Shown here in pieces: positions 44,881 through 54,844 of a DNA stretch of 64,000 bases (position 1 is its first letter; each line of letters starts with the position of its first letter). The stretch is from assembly GCA_005879805.1 (NCBI GenBank), contig VBKL01000044.1:248-64247 (forward strand). Direction: 5' to 3'. Position numbers and translations under genes: made by a program. The notes beneath the pieces were generated by a model. That model saw nothing but the letters and a program-made list of their open reading frames with translations. It had not been told where the DNA came from and did no database searches. The stretch comes from Deltaproteobacteria bacterium (lineage in GTDB: Bacteria > Myxococcota > Myxococcia > Myxococcales > 40CM-4-68-19).

Positions 44881-45177
44881 TCAGGCCTTGGGCAGCGAGT
44901 GCGGCGGAGGATTCGACACGTCGATGCGGCCGAACTGCGACTCGTACTTGGCGACGTTCTCTTGCAGCGCGAGGAGGAACCGCTTCATGTGCTTGGGGCT
45001 GTTGATGACCCGCGCCCGGACCACCGCTTTCGGTGGCGACTGCGGCTGCATGTAGATGAAGTCGATGGTGAACTCCGTCTCGTTGTGGTTGAGCATCGCC
45101 ATGTTCACGTACGCGCCGTTCGCGGTCGCGTCGTCGAGCTGAAGCTGGATCTGCACCTGCGACTGCGTCTCGGCCAT
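44881..45177 (-). CDS. DUF3467 family protein
   Basis: Inside ORF 44881..45312 starting at MAETQSQVQIQL (ATG 45177). 'GAYVNMAMLNHNETEFTIDFIYMQP...ARVINSPKHMKRFLLALQENVAKYE'. Confidence 0.75.
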   Translation of the reverse strand: MAETQSQVQIQLQLDDATANGAYVNMAMLNHNETEFTIDFIYMQPQSPPKAVVRARVINSPKHMKRFLLALQENVAKYESQFGRIDVSNPPPHSLPKA

Positions 45178-45244
45178 CCCCGTCTCCTTGGCTGTTTGCC
45201 CGCGTTCCCAAGGCATGCTACCGCCGCGGCCCTGCATGGCGCAG

Positions 45245-45294
45245 GAGGGCGCCGGGTCCCCCGGCGCCCGGGCGGAGGCCGAAGGCCGGAGCAT
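45245..45294 (+). repeat. REP-like two-hairpin element, copy D (variant hairpin 1)
   Basis: 'gagggcgccgggtcccccggcgcccgggcggaggccgaaggccggagcat'. Hairpin 1 is replaced by ggcgccggg-tcc-cccggcgcc. The 3' half is identical to copy A. Confidence 0.7.
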
Positions 45295-46067
45295 TGGAGA
45301 CCGCGGAACCATTTTCGTTGGGAGGGGGCGACGTCGCCTGCCTGCTCTTGCACGGCCTCACCGGATCGCCCGCCGAGGTGCGGCCCGTCGGCGAGGCCCT
45401 GGCGAAGGCGGGATTCCGCGCGGTGGGGCCGCTCCTGCCGGGCCATGGAACCACGCCCCGCGATCTGATGCGCGTCGGCCGGGCCGACATGCTGGCTGCT
45501 GCCGCCGATGCGCTCCGCTCGCTGGGCGGTGCACGGCGCATCTTCGCGTGCGGGCTTTCCATGGGTGCGCTGCTCTCCGTCGAGCTGTGCGCGCGAGTCG
45601 CGGCGCGCGATGGTGCGCCGGCCATCACAGCGATTGCGCTCCTCGCTTCGGCGGTGCGGATGGCGCGGCTGAGCCGCGTCTTCACCGAGGTGATCGGCAG
45701 GCTCCCCACGCTTCCCATCATCCTCGGGAAGGGTGCGCGAGACATAGCGGTGGCAGCGGCCGGCGGAGACGAACCGGCGAAACCTTCTGACGGTTCGTAC
45801 CAGGCAATCCCGTGGAATTGGGGCCGCGAGCTGCGCCTGCTCGGCGAGGAAACGATGGCAGATGCGCGGCGGGTCCAGGTGCCCGCTCTCCTCTTGCACG
45901 GTTCGCTCGACCGCACCGCCTCGCCCGCCGGCTCCCGGATGCTGCGCGACGCGCTGGGCGGCCCGGCCAAGGTAGTGCTCTTTCCGCGCAGCGGCCACGT
46001 CTTGCCGCTCGACGAGGAAGGTCCCCAGGTCGCGCAGGCGATCGTCGAGTTCTTCCAGGAGGCCTAG
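45294..46067 (+). CDS. Alpha/beta-hydrolase (carboxylesterase/lysophospholipase-like)
   Basis: ORF 45294..46067 (TTG start). 'LLLHGLTGSP' and nucleophile elbow 'GLSMGA'. C-terminal 'SGHVLPLD'. Confidence 0.8.
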   Translation: METAEPFSLGGGDVACLLLHGLTGSPAEVRPVGEALAKAGFRAVGPLLPGHGTTPRDLMRVGRADMLAAAADALRSLGGARRIFACGLSMGALLSVELCARVAARDGAPAITAIALLASAVRMARLSRVFTEVIGRLPTLPIILGKGARDIAVAAAGGDEPAKPSDGSYQAIPWNWGRELRLLGEETMADARRVQVPALLLHGSLDRTASPAGSRMLRDALGGPAKVVLFPRSGHVLPLDEEGPQVAQAIVEFFQEA

Positions 46068-47552
46068 ATGGCGAAGGTGGTGCTGGCGATCGACCAGGGC
46101 ACGACAGGAACGACGGCGCTGGTCCTCGACCGGCGCCTCGCCGTCAAGGGGAAGGCCAACGTCGAGTTCCGGCAGATCTTCCCCAAGCCCGGCCAGGTGG
46201 AGCACGACCTCGAGGACATCTGGACCTCGACGCAGAAGGCCATCGCGGGAGCGCTGCGCGAGGCAGGCGTGAAGGGCGCCGACCTGGAGGCGATCGGCAT
46301 CACCAACCAGCGAGAGACGACGCTGCTGTGGGAGCGGCGCGCGGGCAGACCCCTCTACCATGCGATCGTCTGGCAGGACCGGCGCACCGCGGGGGCGTGC
46401 GACGAGCTCCGCAAGCAGGGCAAGGAGCCCTGGATCCGCGAGAAGACCGGGCTCGTCCTCGACGCCTATTTCAGCGGGACGAAGCTCCAGTGGCTGCTCG
46501 AGAACGTGAAGGGCGCGCGCGAGCGGGCCGAGCGGGGCGAGCTGGCCTTTGGCACCGTCGATTCCGCGCTCCTCTGGAAGCTCACCGGCGGGGCGGTGCA
46601 CGCGACTGACGTCACCAACGCCTCGCGCACGCTCCTCATGAACCTCACGACCCGCGCCTGGGACGACGAGTTGCTCGCGCTCTTCGGGGTCCCCCGGCAG
46701 GTGTTGCCGGAGATCCGGCCCTCCGCCGGCGAGTTCGGAAGGACCAAGGGCGTCCGCGGGCTCCCCGACGGGATTCCCATCGCGGGCATCGCCGGGGATC
46801 AGCAGGCGGCGATGGTCGGGCAGGCCTGTTTCGCCGAGGGCGAGGCGAAGTGCACCTACGGTACGGGCGCCTTCCTGCTCATGAACGCGGGGCCGAAGCC
46901 GGTCACCTCCAAGCACGGGCTCCTCGGCACCGTCGCCTGGCAGATCGGCGACGAGGTCGCCTACGCCCTGGAGGGCAGCGCCTTCGTCGCGGGAGCGGTC
47001 GTGCAGTGGCTGCGCGACGGGCTCGGCATCATCCGGCAATCCTCCGAGATCGAGGCGCTCGCGAAGGAAGTTCCCGACTCGGGCGGCGTGGTCTTCGTTC
47101 CCGCGCTCGCGGGGCTCGGCGCTCCGCACTGGCGCCAGGATGCGCGCGGTCTCGTCTGCGGCATCGACCGCGGCGTCACCAAGGCGCATCTCGCACGAGC
47201 GGCCCTGGAGGGAATCGCGTTCGAGATCTACGAGCTCGCCCAGTCGATGGCGCAGGACATCGGCAAGCCGATGCCGATGTTCCGCGTCGACGGCGGCGCC
47301 TCGACCAACGATCTGCTCATGCAGTTCCAGGCCGACCTGCTCCAGACCCCGATCGAGCGGCCGCGCATGGTCGAGACCACAGCCCTGGGCGCCGCCTTCC
47401 TGGCCGGCATCGGCACCGGCATGTGGGCGGGGACGAAGGAAGTGGCAAAGGCCTGGAAGCCGGGAAGGCGCTTCCTGCCGAAGATGAAGGACGAGGCCCG
47501 CGAAGCCCACCTCGCGCGGTGGCGGAAGGCGATCGCCCGCGTCTGCGCCTAG
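46068..47552 (+). CDS. glpK: Glycerol kinase
   Basis: ORF 46068..47552. 'LAIDQGTTGTTA', 'GITNQRETT' and 'GDQQAA', with full-length FGGY architecture. Confidence 0.95.
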   Translation: MAKVVLAIDQGTTGTTALVLDRRLAVKGKANVEFRQIFPKPGQVEHDLEDIWTSTQKAIAGALREAGVKGADLEAIGITNQRETTLLWERRAGRPLYHAIVWQDRRTAGACDELRKQGKEPWIREKTGLVLDAYFSGTKLQWLLENVKGARERAERGELAFGTVDSALLWKLTGGAVHATDVTNASRTLLMNLTTRAWDDELLALFGVPRQVLPEIRPSAGEFGRTKGVRGLPDGIPIAGIAGDQQAAMVGQACFAEGEAKCTYGTGAFLLMNAGPKPVTSKHGLLGTVAWQIGDEVAYALEGSAFVAGAVVQWLRDGLGIIRQSSEIEALAKEVPDSGGVVFVPALAGLGAPHWRQDARGLVCGIDRGVTKAHLARAALEGIAFEIYELAQSMAQDIGKPMPMFRVDGGASTNDLLMQFQADLLQTPIERPRMVETTALGAAFLAGIGTGMWAGTKEVAKAWKPGRRFLPKMKDEAREAHLARWRKAIARVCA

Positions 47553-48898
47553 GTCAAGAGCGCCTCCATCGCGGCGCCGAGCGTGCCGACGCCGCACAAT
47601 TCGAGGGGCGCTCCCGTGATTCGCCGCGCGTTGGACTCCGGCAGGATGCAGCGCACGAACCCGAGTTGCGCCGCTTCCCCGAGCCGCTGCTCGATCTGCG
47701 TCACGCCGCGCACCTCGCCGGCCAGACCGACCTCGCCGAGAATCACCGTGCGCGGATCGAGCGGGACGTCGCGGAAGCTCGAGGCCAGCGCTGCCGCGAC
47801 GGCAAGATCCGCCGCCGGCTCTTCGAGCGTCGCGCCTCCGGCGACGTTCACGTAGATGTCCTGGTCCGACAACACGATTCCTTGCTTCCGTTCCAGCACG
47901 GCGGTGAGCAGGGCCACCCGTCCGCTGTCGACGCCGATCGCCGTCCGCCGCGCCGATCCTCCTCCGGCCGCGTCGGCGACGAGGGCCTGCACCTCGACGA
48001 GGAGCGGACGCGTCCCGTTCATCACCGCGACGACCGCGCTTCCGGAAGATCCGCGCGGGCGCTCGGCGAGAAAGAGCGCGCTCGGATTGCACACCTCCTC
48101 GAGGCCCTTGCCCTTCATCTCGAAGACGCCGATCTCGTTGGTGGAGCCGAAGCGGTTCTTGCAGGCCCGCAGGATCCGGTAGGCGTGGCTGCGGTCGCCT
48201 TCGAAGGAAAGCACCGCGTCTACCAGGTGCTCGAGCATGCGCGGTCCGGCGATGCCGCCGTCCTTGGTCACGTGACCGACGAGGAGGGTAGGCGTTCCCG
48301 TCCGCTTCGCCCATTCGATGAGCCGCGCGGCGACGTCGCGCACCTGGGTCACGCTTCCCGCCGAGGAGTCGAGACCCGCGACGTGCAGCGTCTGCACGGA
48401 ATCGACGGCGAGGACCAGCGGCCCTAGCCGGTCGGCGGCGGCGAGCGCGTCCGCGACGGACGAATCCGAGCGCAGGAGCAGGCCTGGCGAGAGCGCCGAG
48501 AGGCGTTCCCCGCGCATGCGGATCTGCGCCAGCGACTCCTCGCCGCTCACGTAGAGGACAGCGCGATCGGGCGCCTGCCGCGCGAGTCGATCGAGCGCCG
48601 TAAGGAGCAGCGTGCTCTTCCCGATGCCCGGCTCTCCGGCGAGGAGCACCACCGCGCCCGGAACGAGTCCACCGCCGAGGACGCGGTCGAATTCGCCGAT
48701 ACCGGTGCTCAGCCGCTCGCCCGATTCCGGCGGAACGCGGTCGATGGCTACCGCGTCAGCCGCTCCGGGCGCCGCGCACTCCTCGACGATCGACGCCCAT
48801 TCCCCGCATCCCGGACAGCGGCCGAGCCATCGCGAAGTCCGGAACCCGCACCCCGTGCACATGTGCTCGACCTTCGCCGCCCTCGCCGCCTTTGCCAT
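47549..48898 (-). CDS. radA: DNA repair protein RadA
   Basis: ORF 47549..48928 starting at MAKAARAAK (ATG 48898). Zinc finger 'CTGCGF...CPGCGEW', Walker A 'GEPGIGKST', 'KNRFG' and a Lon-like C-terminus. Confidence 0.93.
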   Translation of the reverse strand: MAKAARAAKVEHMCTGCGFRTSRWLGRCPGCGEWASIVEECAAPGAADAVAIDRVPPESGERLSTGIGEFDRVLGGGLVPGAVVLLAGEPGIGKSTLLLTALDRLARQAPDRAVLYVSGEESLAQIRMRGERLSALSPGLLLRSDSSVADALAAADRLGPLVLAVDSVQTLHVAGLDSSAGSVTQVRDVAARLIEWAKRTGTPTLLVGHVTKDGGIAGPRMLEHLVDAVLSFEGDRSHAYRILRACKNRFGSTNEIGVFEMKGKGLEEVCNPSALFLAERPRGSSGSAVVAVMNGTRPLLVEVQALVADAAGGGSARRTAIGVDSGRVALLTAVLERKQGIVLSDQDIYVNVAGGATLEEPAADLAVAAALASSFRDVPLDPRTVILGEVGLAGEVRGVTQIEQRLGEAAQLGFVRCILPESNARRITGAPLELCGVGTLGAAMEALLT

Positions 48899-49039
48899 GG
48901 AGCGGACCCTACAAGGAGGGTCCGACACGCCTCGCGAGCGCCTTCACCCCGCGTTCATCCGGGGAGCGAATCCAGAGGGGGCGCGTGTTCGCTCACGCGC
49001 GGGATGATATTCGAGGAGCGAGTCTCCCGGAGGTCCGGC

Positions 49040-50047
49040 ATGCGCGCTGCGGTGATCGGCGGAGGCGCCTGGGGCACGGCGCTCGCTACGGTTCTCGCCA
49101 ACAACGGCTACGCGGTGACCATCTGGTCATACGAGGCGGACGTCGCGGCCTCGATCACCGAGCGGCACGAGAATCACAAGTACCTTCCCGGCGCCACGCT
49201 TCCGCCCGGGATCCGCGGGACCGTCGATCTGGCCGAGGCGCTGCGCGAAGTCGAGCTGATCGTCGCCGCGAATCCCTCGCACGTCACCCGCGGGGTGATG
49301 GCGAAGGCGGTGCCACATCTTCCCAGGGCGACGCCGATTGTGAGCGCCACCAAAGGCATCGAGAACGACTCCCTCCAGACCATGGACGAGGTGCTGGAGG
49401 ACGTCCTGCCGCCCGAGATTCATCCCTATCTCGCGTTCCTTTCCGGACCATCGTTCGCCAAGGAGACGGCGCAGCGGATGCCGACGGCGGTGGTGATCGC
49501 GGCGACCTGGGAGCGGATCGCCAAGCAGGTACAGAAGGCGTTCTCCAACGATTACTTCCGCTGCTACACCTCCAACGACGTCGCCGGAGTGGAGCTCGGG
49601 GGCTCGCTCAAGAACGTCTGCGCGATCGCCGCGGGCATCGCCGACGGGATGGGGTTCGGACACAACACGCGGGCGGCGATCATCACCCGCGGCCTCGCGG
49701 AGCTGGTCCGTCTCGCGACGCGCAAAGGGGCAAATCCCATCACGCTCTCCGGCCTGGCCGGGATGGGCGATCTCGTGCTCACCTGCACGGGCGACCTGTC
49801 CCGCAATCGCACCGTCGGTCTGCGCCTCGGCAAGGGAGAGAAGCTGGATGACGTGCTCGCCTCGATGACCCAGGTCGCCGAGGGCGTCCGGACGGCGAAG
49901 AGCGTTCACGACCTGGCGGCGAAGCTCGCCTGCGAGATGCCGCTGCACGAGGCCGTATACCGGATCCTCTTCGAGGGCCTCGCGCCCCGTCAGGCGATGA
50001 GTCAGCTCACCTCGCGGGAACTGAAGAGCGAATTCGCCATGCATTGA
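49040..50047 (+). CDS. gpsA: NAD(P)H-dependent glycerol-3-phosphate dehydrogenase
   Basis: Inside ORF 48863..50047 starting at MRAAVIGGGAWGTALA (ATG 49040; 'ggagg' 7 nt upstream). 'KGIE' and 'GSLKNV' are present. Confidence 0.92.
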   Translation: MRAAVIGGGAWGTALATVLANNGYAVTIWSYEADVAASITERHENHKYLPGATLPPGIRGTVDLAEALREVELIVAANPSHVTRGVMAKAVPHLPRATPIVSATKGIENDSLQTMDEVLEDVLPPEIHPYLAFLSGPSFAKETAQRMPTAVVIAATWERIAKQVQKAFSNDYFRCYTSNDVAGVELGGSLKNVCAIAAGIADGMGFGHNTRAAIITRGLAELVRLATRKGANPITLSGLAGMGDLVLTCTGDLSRNRTVGLRLGKGEKLDDVLASMTQVAEGVRTAKSVHDLAAKLACEMPLHEAVYRILFEGLAPRQAMSQLTSRELKSEFAMH

Positions 50048-50053
50048 ACACAC

Positions 50054-50073
50054 GGGGCCAGAGTTCTGGCCCC
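50054..50073 (+). terminator. Stem-loop after gpsA (candidate terminator)
   Basis: 'ggggccag-agtt-ctggcccc', an 8-bp stem located 7 nt after TGA 50045-50047. No T-tract follows. Confidence 0.4.
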
Positions 50074-50150
50074 ACCGTCCAGAAATCTGGCCGCCGTGAC
50101 GAGGCGATTCTTCCGCCCGCGCCATTTCGATCGCGTACTATCCGCGCGCC

Positions 50151-52940
50151 ATGAACACCCCCCGACGGATTCTCGGAACGCGCGTACTCGTCATCGCGCT
50201 CGCCCTCGTCGCCGCATGCGGCGGCAACGTGAATGTGGTCAAGAAGCAGAACCTCGACCTGAAGCCCGTCAACCTTCCGCTCCGGACCTTCGCCTTCCCG
50301 TCGGGGCTGCGGGTCGTGGTCGAGAAGGACACGCGGACTCCGCTCGCCGGCGTGTTCGCGGTCGTCGGGAGCGGCTCGTCGAGCGACCCCAAAGGCAAGG
50401 AGGGTCTCGCGCATTACGTGGAGCATCTCGCCTTCCAATCGAAGCCGTTCGGACAGCTGCGCTTCGAGGACATGCTCGATGCCGCCGGCGCGATCGCCTG
50501 GAACGCGTCCACCAACTTCGACGCCACGACGTACTACGAGATCGGGCCCGCGTCCGCGCTGCCGCAGCTCTTGCGGGCGGAAGCGGTCCGGATGGTCGTC
50601 CCGGTGTCGGATATTTCGAGCTCGGCGCGAAAGGTCGAGCTGGACGTCGTGCGGAACGAGCTTCGCGAGCGGAACGAGACCGGGTTCGTGGGCGACGTCT
50701 TCTCGCGGATGCAAGTCGCGCTGTTTCCGCCGGGCCATCCGAATTCGAGCCCGATCGGCGGGACCCATCAGAGCCTTTCCTCGTTGACGAAGGCGGACGC
50801 CGATGCATTCGCCAAGGCGCACTACCGTCCCGACAACCTGACCATCGTCATCCTCGGGAACGTCGATCTCGACAAGGCGGGGGAGCTTCTCGCCGAGACC
50901 CTTCCGGAGGCGCTCGTCGCGGCGCCGCAACCGGTGAAGCTTCCCACGCGGCTCGCACCCGTCGCGCCCCCGGTGCCGGAGCCTCCACCGCGGCCCGACC
51001 GGATCCCGAAGGTAGAAGCCGCGATTCCCTCGCCCGAGCTGTGGATCGGGTGGTCGATGCCGCGAGGATTCGACCGCGACGCGTATCTGCTCACGTTCCT
51101 CGCGACGTCGGCGCGACAGAGGTTCGCCCGCCTGCGTCTCGACGACAAGGACATCACGAGCATCAACGTCTTTCCCGTCAGCGGAAAAGACGCCTCCGTC
51201 CTGCTCTGCCACATCGCCTTGAACGAAGCCTCGCATCCGGAAGACACGCTGCGAGACGTTCTCGGCGAAGTCGACCATGTCGTGAACCCGTTCATGCGCG
51301 ATCCGAACGACGAGGCGCGCTCGAGCATGAGGGGTTCGCGCTACACCGCCTCCGACGTCGCCTATACGCGCACGCGGCGCACCATCCTCATCGGGGAAAT
51401 CCTCGGTATGGAGGATCTCATCCAGCGAGGGCTCCGGCGGGCGACCGTGACGCATTTCGCGGAGGACCCGACGCTGCTTTCCCGCGCGCTGCGCGACCTC
51501 GCGGATTTGAATCCGGATCAGCTTCGCGAGTATGCGCGCCCATACCTGACCGCGGACCGGGCGCGGGCGATCCTCTTCGTTCCGAACGGCGCCTCGAGCC
51601 GCCTCGCGGAGGCGTCGGGCCGGGCGGCTTCGGCGGAGCACGAGCGCAAATGGGAGAAGCTCCCGCCGCCGCCCAAGGAGTGGATGGCCGAGTTGCTGCG
51701 CGATCCCGGGCAGCTCGCATCGCACCAGCTCAAGAACGGGGTTTCGGTAGTGCTGGTGCGGCGGCCGGGCCTGCCGGTCGTCACGGCCAGCGTTTCCCTC
51801 GGCATCAGTCCCGCCGCGGCGAAGGACGTCGGCGCCCGCGCCCTCGCGCAGGCGATGGCGTACCCCGCGAGCCACATGAATCCGGCATACGAGTATGGCG
51901 GGCTACGGTTCTCCCGCGAGACGAGGGACTCGATGACGTACATCGTCGAGGGGCCGTCGGGGAACGCGGAAGCCGTGCTGGCGACGCTCGCCGAGGAGGT
52001 GCGGAGCATGCACCTCGATCCGGGATCGACTCTCCATTACAAGGAGAGCGTCCTGCCCTCGTACCAGCGGTGGGAGCGCGATCCGCGCCATCTCGCGGAT
52101 CGTGCGTTCCTCTCCGCGGTGCTGCCAGGGAGCCCGTACGGGCACGTCTCCGATTACCGCGAGCTCGAAGCCGCATCGCAGGGCGCCGCGGCAGAGTGGA
52201 TCGAGCGGACCTTCGTGCCTGCCAACGCGACGCTGGTCGTGGTCGGCGACTTCGAGGCCGGACAGATGCAGGGGTTCGTGGAGGATTCCTTCGGTGGGTG
52301 GAGCGGCAGCGCCCCCGCCGTCGCGAAGGAGGCGCGCTCCGCGACATCGGATCGACCGGCGCGTACGGTGGTCATGCCCCGGCCGGGTGCGAGCCAGGGC
52401 GAGGTTCGTTTCGGCTGCCAGCTCCCGGACGTTGGCGGCAATGATGCGGTGGCGGTGCGCCACGACGTTGCCGCGGCGATCGCGGGTGATCGGCTGCAAC
52501 AGGTCCTGCGGGAAACCCTGGGCGCCTCCTACGGCGTCCATGTGGGCGCGGTGAAGCTCGCGGATGGCACGGCGTACCTCGACATCCGGACCGACGTGGA
52601 GAACGGGAAGCTCGCCGCGGCGCTGCGCGAGCTTCGCGGCGCGATCGAGTCGATGGCGGCGACGCCGGTCGATTCGCGCACGCTGGAATGGGCGCGATAC
52701 AGCAAGGCTGCGGCCATCGCGGTCGGGCAGATGAGCAACAATGAGGTCGCTGCATCCATCCTGCGACGGAAGCGGCTCGGGCTGCCGCCCGACCTGGCCG
52801 ATGTGAAACGCGATCTCGACGCCGTATCGGCGAAGGACGTGCAGAGCGATTTCCAAGCCTGCCTCGCAGCGCATCCGGCGGTGTCGATCGTCGGCGAGGA
52901 GCCCGTCGTGCAGGCCGCCCTGAAGGAAGGCTGGCGGTAG
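50151..52940 (+). CDS. M16 (pitrilysin/insulinase) family zinc peptidase, double-length lipoprotein
   Basis: ORF 50151..52940. Lipobox 'LALVAAC' and inverted zincin 'HYVEHLAF'. Two M16 active/inactive domain pairs in 929 aa. Confidence 0.85.
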   Translation: MNTPRRILGTRVLVIALALVAACGGNVNVVKKQNLDLKPVNLPLRTFAFPSGLRVVVEKDTRTPLAGVFAVVGSGSSSDPKGKEGLAHYVEHLAFQSKPFGQLRFEDMLDAAGAIAWNASTNFDATTYYEIGPASALPQLLRAEAVRMVVPVSDISSSARKVELDVVRNELRERNETGFVGDVFSRMQVALFPPGHPNSSPIGGTHQSLSSLTKADADAFAKAHYRPDNLTIVILGNVDLDKAGELLAETLPEALVAAPQPVKLPTRLAPVAPPVPEPPPRPDRIPKVEAAIPSPELWIGWSMPRGFDRDAYLLTFLATSARQRFARLRLDDKDITSINVFPVSGKDASVLLCHIALNEASHPEDTLRDVLGEVDHVVNPFMRDPNDEARSSMRGSRYTASDVAYTRTRRTILIGEILGMEDLIQRGLRRATVTHFAEDPTLLSRALRDLADLNPDQLREYARPYLTADRARAILFVPNGASSRLAEASGRAASAEHERKWEKLPPPPKEWMAELLRDPGQLASHQLKNGVSVVLVRRPGLPVVTASVSLGISPAAAKDVGARALAQAMAYPASHMNPAYEYGGLRFSRETRDSMTYIVEGPSGNAEAVLATLAEEVRSMHLDPGSTLHYKESVLPSYQRWERDPRHLADRAFLSAVLPGSPYGHVSDYRELEAASQGAAAEWIERTFVPANATLVVVGDFEAGQMQGFVEDSFGGWSGSAPAVAKEARSATSDRPARTVVMPRPGASQGEVRFGCQLPDVGGNDAVAVRHDVAAAIAGDRLQQVLRETLGASYGVHVGAVKLADGTAYLDIRTDVENGKLAAALRELRGAIESMAATPVDSRTLEWARYSKAAAIAVGQMSNNEVAASILRRKRLGLPPDLADVKRDLDAVSAKDVQSDFQACLAAHPAVSIVGEEPVVQAALKEGWR

Positions 52941-52971
52941 GGACGTCTCAGGGCGCGGTAGGGTTCGCGCC

Positions 52972-54243
52972 ATGACCCTACCGCTCGCTTCCCTTTTCGC
53001 CGCATTGCTCGCTGCTCCCGCGCCGGAGCCGGTCATCGCCTTGCGCGCCGCTCGCCTCTTCGACGGCATCGGCGAAATGCGCGCTCGAATGACGGTGCTC
53101 GTCCGCGGTGGACATATCGCCGCGGTCGGCGAGCGCGTCGACGTGCCGGCCGGCGCCGAGGTCATCGATCTCGGCGACGCGACCCTGCTGCCCGGGCTCA
53201 TCGACGCGCACACGCATCTCGCGCTGCACGCCGGCGACTACGACCGGCAGATCCTTCGCGAGACGCCGGAGCTGCGCACCATCCATGCGGTGGTGAGCGC
53301 GCGGAAGACGCTCGAGGCTGGCGTGACGACGGTTCGCGATCTCGGTAACGAGGCCGCGGGCTTCGCGGACATCGCGCTGCGCGACGCGGTCCGAGAAGGG
53401 CTCGTCCCGGGTCCTCGCGTGCTCGCGGCCATCCGGCCCGTCACCAGCACCGGTGCCTATGCGCTGACCGGCTACTCTCCGTATCTGGTCACGCCGCCGC
53501 TCTCTTCGAGCGCAGACGGCGTGGGGGAAGTGCGCAAGGAGGTTCGCCGGCTGCTCGCCCAGGGCGCGGACGTCATCAAGATCTACATGGAGTCGTACGA
53601 GAAGAAGCAGCCGCGGGAGGACGTGCTGAGCGGCGCGATGAACTACTCGAAGGAGGAGCTGGCGGCGCTGGTCGAGGAGGCGCACCGCGGCCACGTGAAG
53701 GTCGCCGCGCACACCTACAGCGACGAGGCCGCGCAGGTCGCGCTCGACGTCGGTGTCGACTCCATCGAGCACGGGCTCTATCTCTCCGAGGCCACCTTCC
53801 GGCGCATGGCGAAGCAGGGGACCGTCTACGTCCCCACGCTTCTCGTCTACGAGCTCTGGCGCGACGGACAGATCTTCGGCGGCATTACGCCGGAGAAGAA
53901 GGCGCAGCTCGCCAGGACCTGCGAGGAGCACGCGAAGAGCTTCCGGCGCGCGCTTGCGAGCGGTGTGAAGATCGCATTCGGCAGCGACACCTTCGAGCTG
54001 CCGGGGACCAATCCGCGCGAGCTCGAGCTCCTCGTGCGCGAGGGGATGAAGCCACTCGACGCGCTCCGCGCCGGTACCTCGGTCTCCGCGGCGCTTCTCG
54101 GCGTCGACGGCGTCACGGGCGCGCTCAAGCCGGCGCTCGCGGCGGACGTGATCGCGGTGCGAGGCGATCCGCGCACGAGCATGTCGGTGCTTCGCGAGGT
54201 GCTGCTGGTGATGAAGGACGGCAGGATCCACCTGCGCCGCTGA
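52972..54243 (+). CDS. Amidohydrolase family protein (Xaa-Pro dipeptidase/imidazolonepropionase-like), secreted
   Basis: ORF 52972..54243. Signal peptide. 'LLPGLIDAHTHL', 'KIYME', 'AAHTY' and 'GSDT'. Confidence 0.82.
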   Translation: MTLPLASLFAALLAAPAPEPVIALRAARLFDGIGEMRARMTVLVRGGHIAAVGERVDVPAGAEVIDLGDATLLPGLIDAHTHLALHAGDYDRQILRETPELRTIHAVVSARKTLEAGVTTVRDLGNEAAGFADIALRDAVREGLVPGPRVLAAIRPVTSTGAYALTGYSPYLVTPPLSSSADGVGEVRKEVRRLLAQGADVIKIYMESYEKKQPREDVLSGAMNYSKEELAALVEEAHRGHVKVAAHTYSDEAAQVALDVGVDSIEHGLYLSEATFRRMAKQGTVYVPTLLVYELWRDGQIFGGITPEKKAQLARTCEEHAKSFRRALASGVKIAFGSDTFELPGTNPRELELLVREGMKPLDALRAGTSVSAALLGVDGVTGALKPALAADVIAVRGDPRTSMSVLREVLLVMKDGRIHLRR

Positions 54244-54347
54244 GCAGTCCTTCGCGCCCCGGAACGGCTGCGCTGCTCGCGAGGAGACGCCGGTCCGCCT
54301 GGAGGAGAGGGGATGCCGGACGGGCACCACGTGGGTAGCTCTGCGAG

Positions 54348-54767
54348 GTGGGTTCGCGCCGGCAGCTCCGGTGGGTCTCGCTCGCTGCCGTCGCGGTAGC
54401 GCTCGCTTGCGCGCATCCGGCGGTGCGCAACGAACCTCCGCCCGAGCAACAGGCGCCCGCGCCCCGGCAGCGACACGAGTTCCAGAGGGGCGTCGCAAGC
54501 TACTACGGCAACGAATTCGAGGGCCGCCGGACCGCGAGCGGCGTTCTGTATAACAGCCGTTTCATGACGTGTGCGCACCGGACGCTACCGTTCGGCACTG
54601 TGATTCGCGTCACCGACGTCGAGACCAGCAAGAGCGTCGTCGTCAAAGTGACCGACCGCGGCCCCTACGCGAAGGGGCGCGTGGTCGATCTCTCGCTGGC
54701 GGCCGCTCGCAAGCTCGGCATTGTCGATCGCGGCCTGGCACGCGTTACCGTCGAGATCGTGCAATGA
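54348..54767 (+). CDS. rlpA: RlpA-like lipoprotein (double-psi beta-barrel domain)
   Basis: ORF 54348..54767 (GTG start). Lipobox 'VALAC'. 'GVASYYGNEFEGRRTASG...AHRTLPFGT...V.VTDRGPY'. Confidence 0.8.
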   Translation: MGSRRQLRWVSLAAVAVALACAHPAVRNEPPPEQQAPAPRQRHEFQRGVASYYGNEFEGRRTASGVLYNSRFMTCAHRTLPFGTVIRVTDVETSKSVVVKVTDRGPYAKGRVVDLSLAAARKLGIVDRGLARVTVEIVQ

Positions 54768-54844
54768 CGAAAAAATTTGTTCCGCGGGGCGCTTCCGGGG
54801 GGTCCCAGCAGCCATGACAGGAGGGGGGAAAAGGAAGACCCGAA

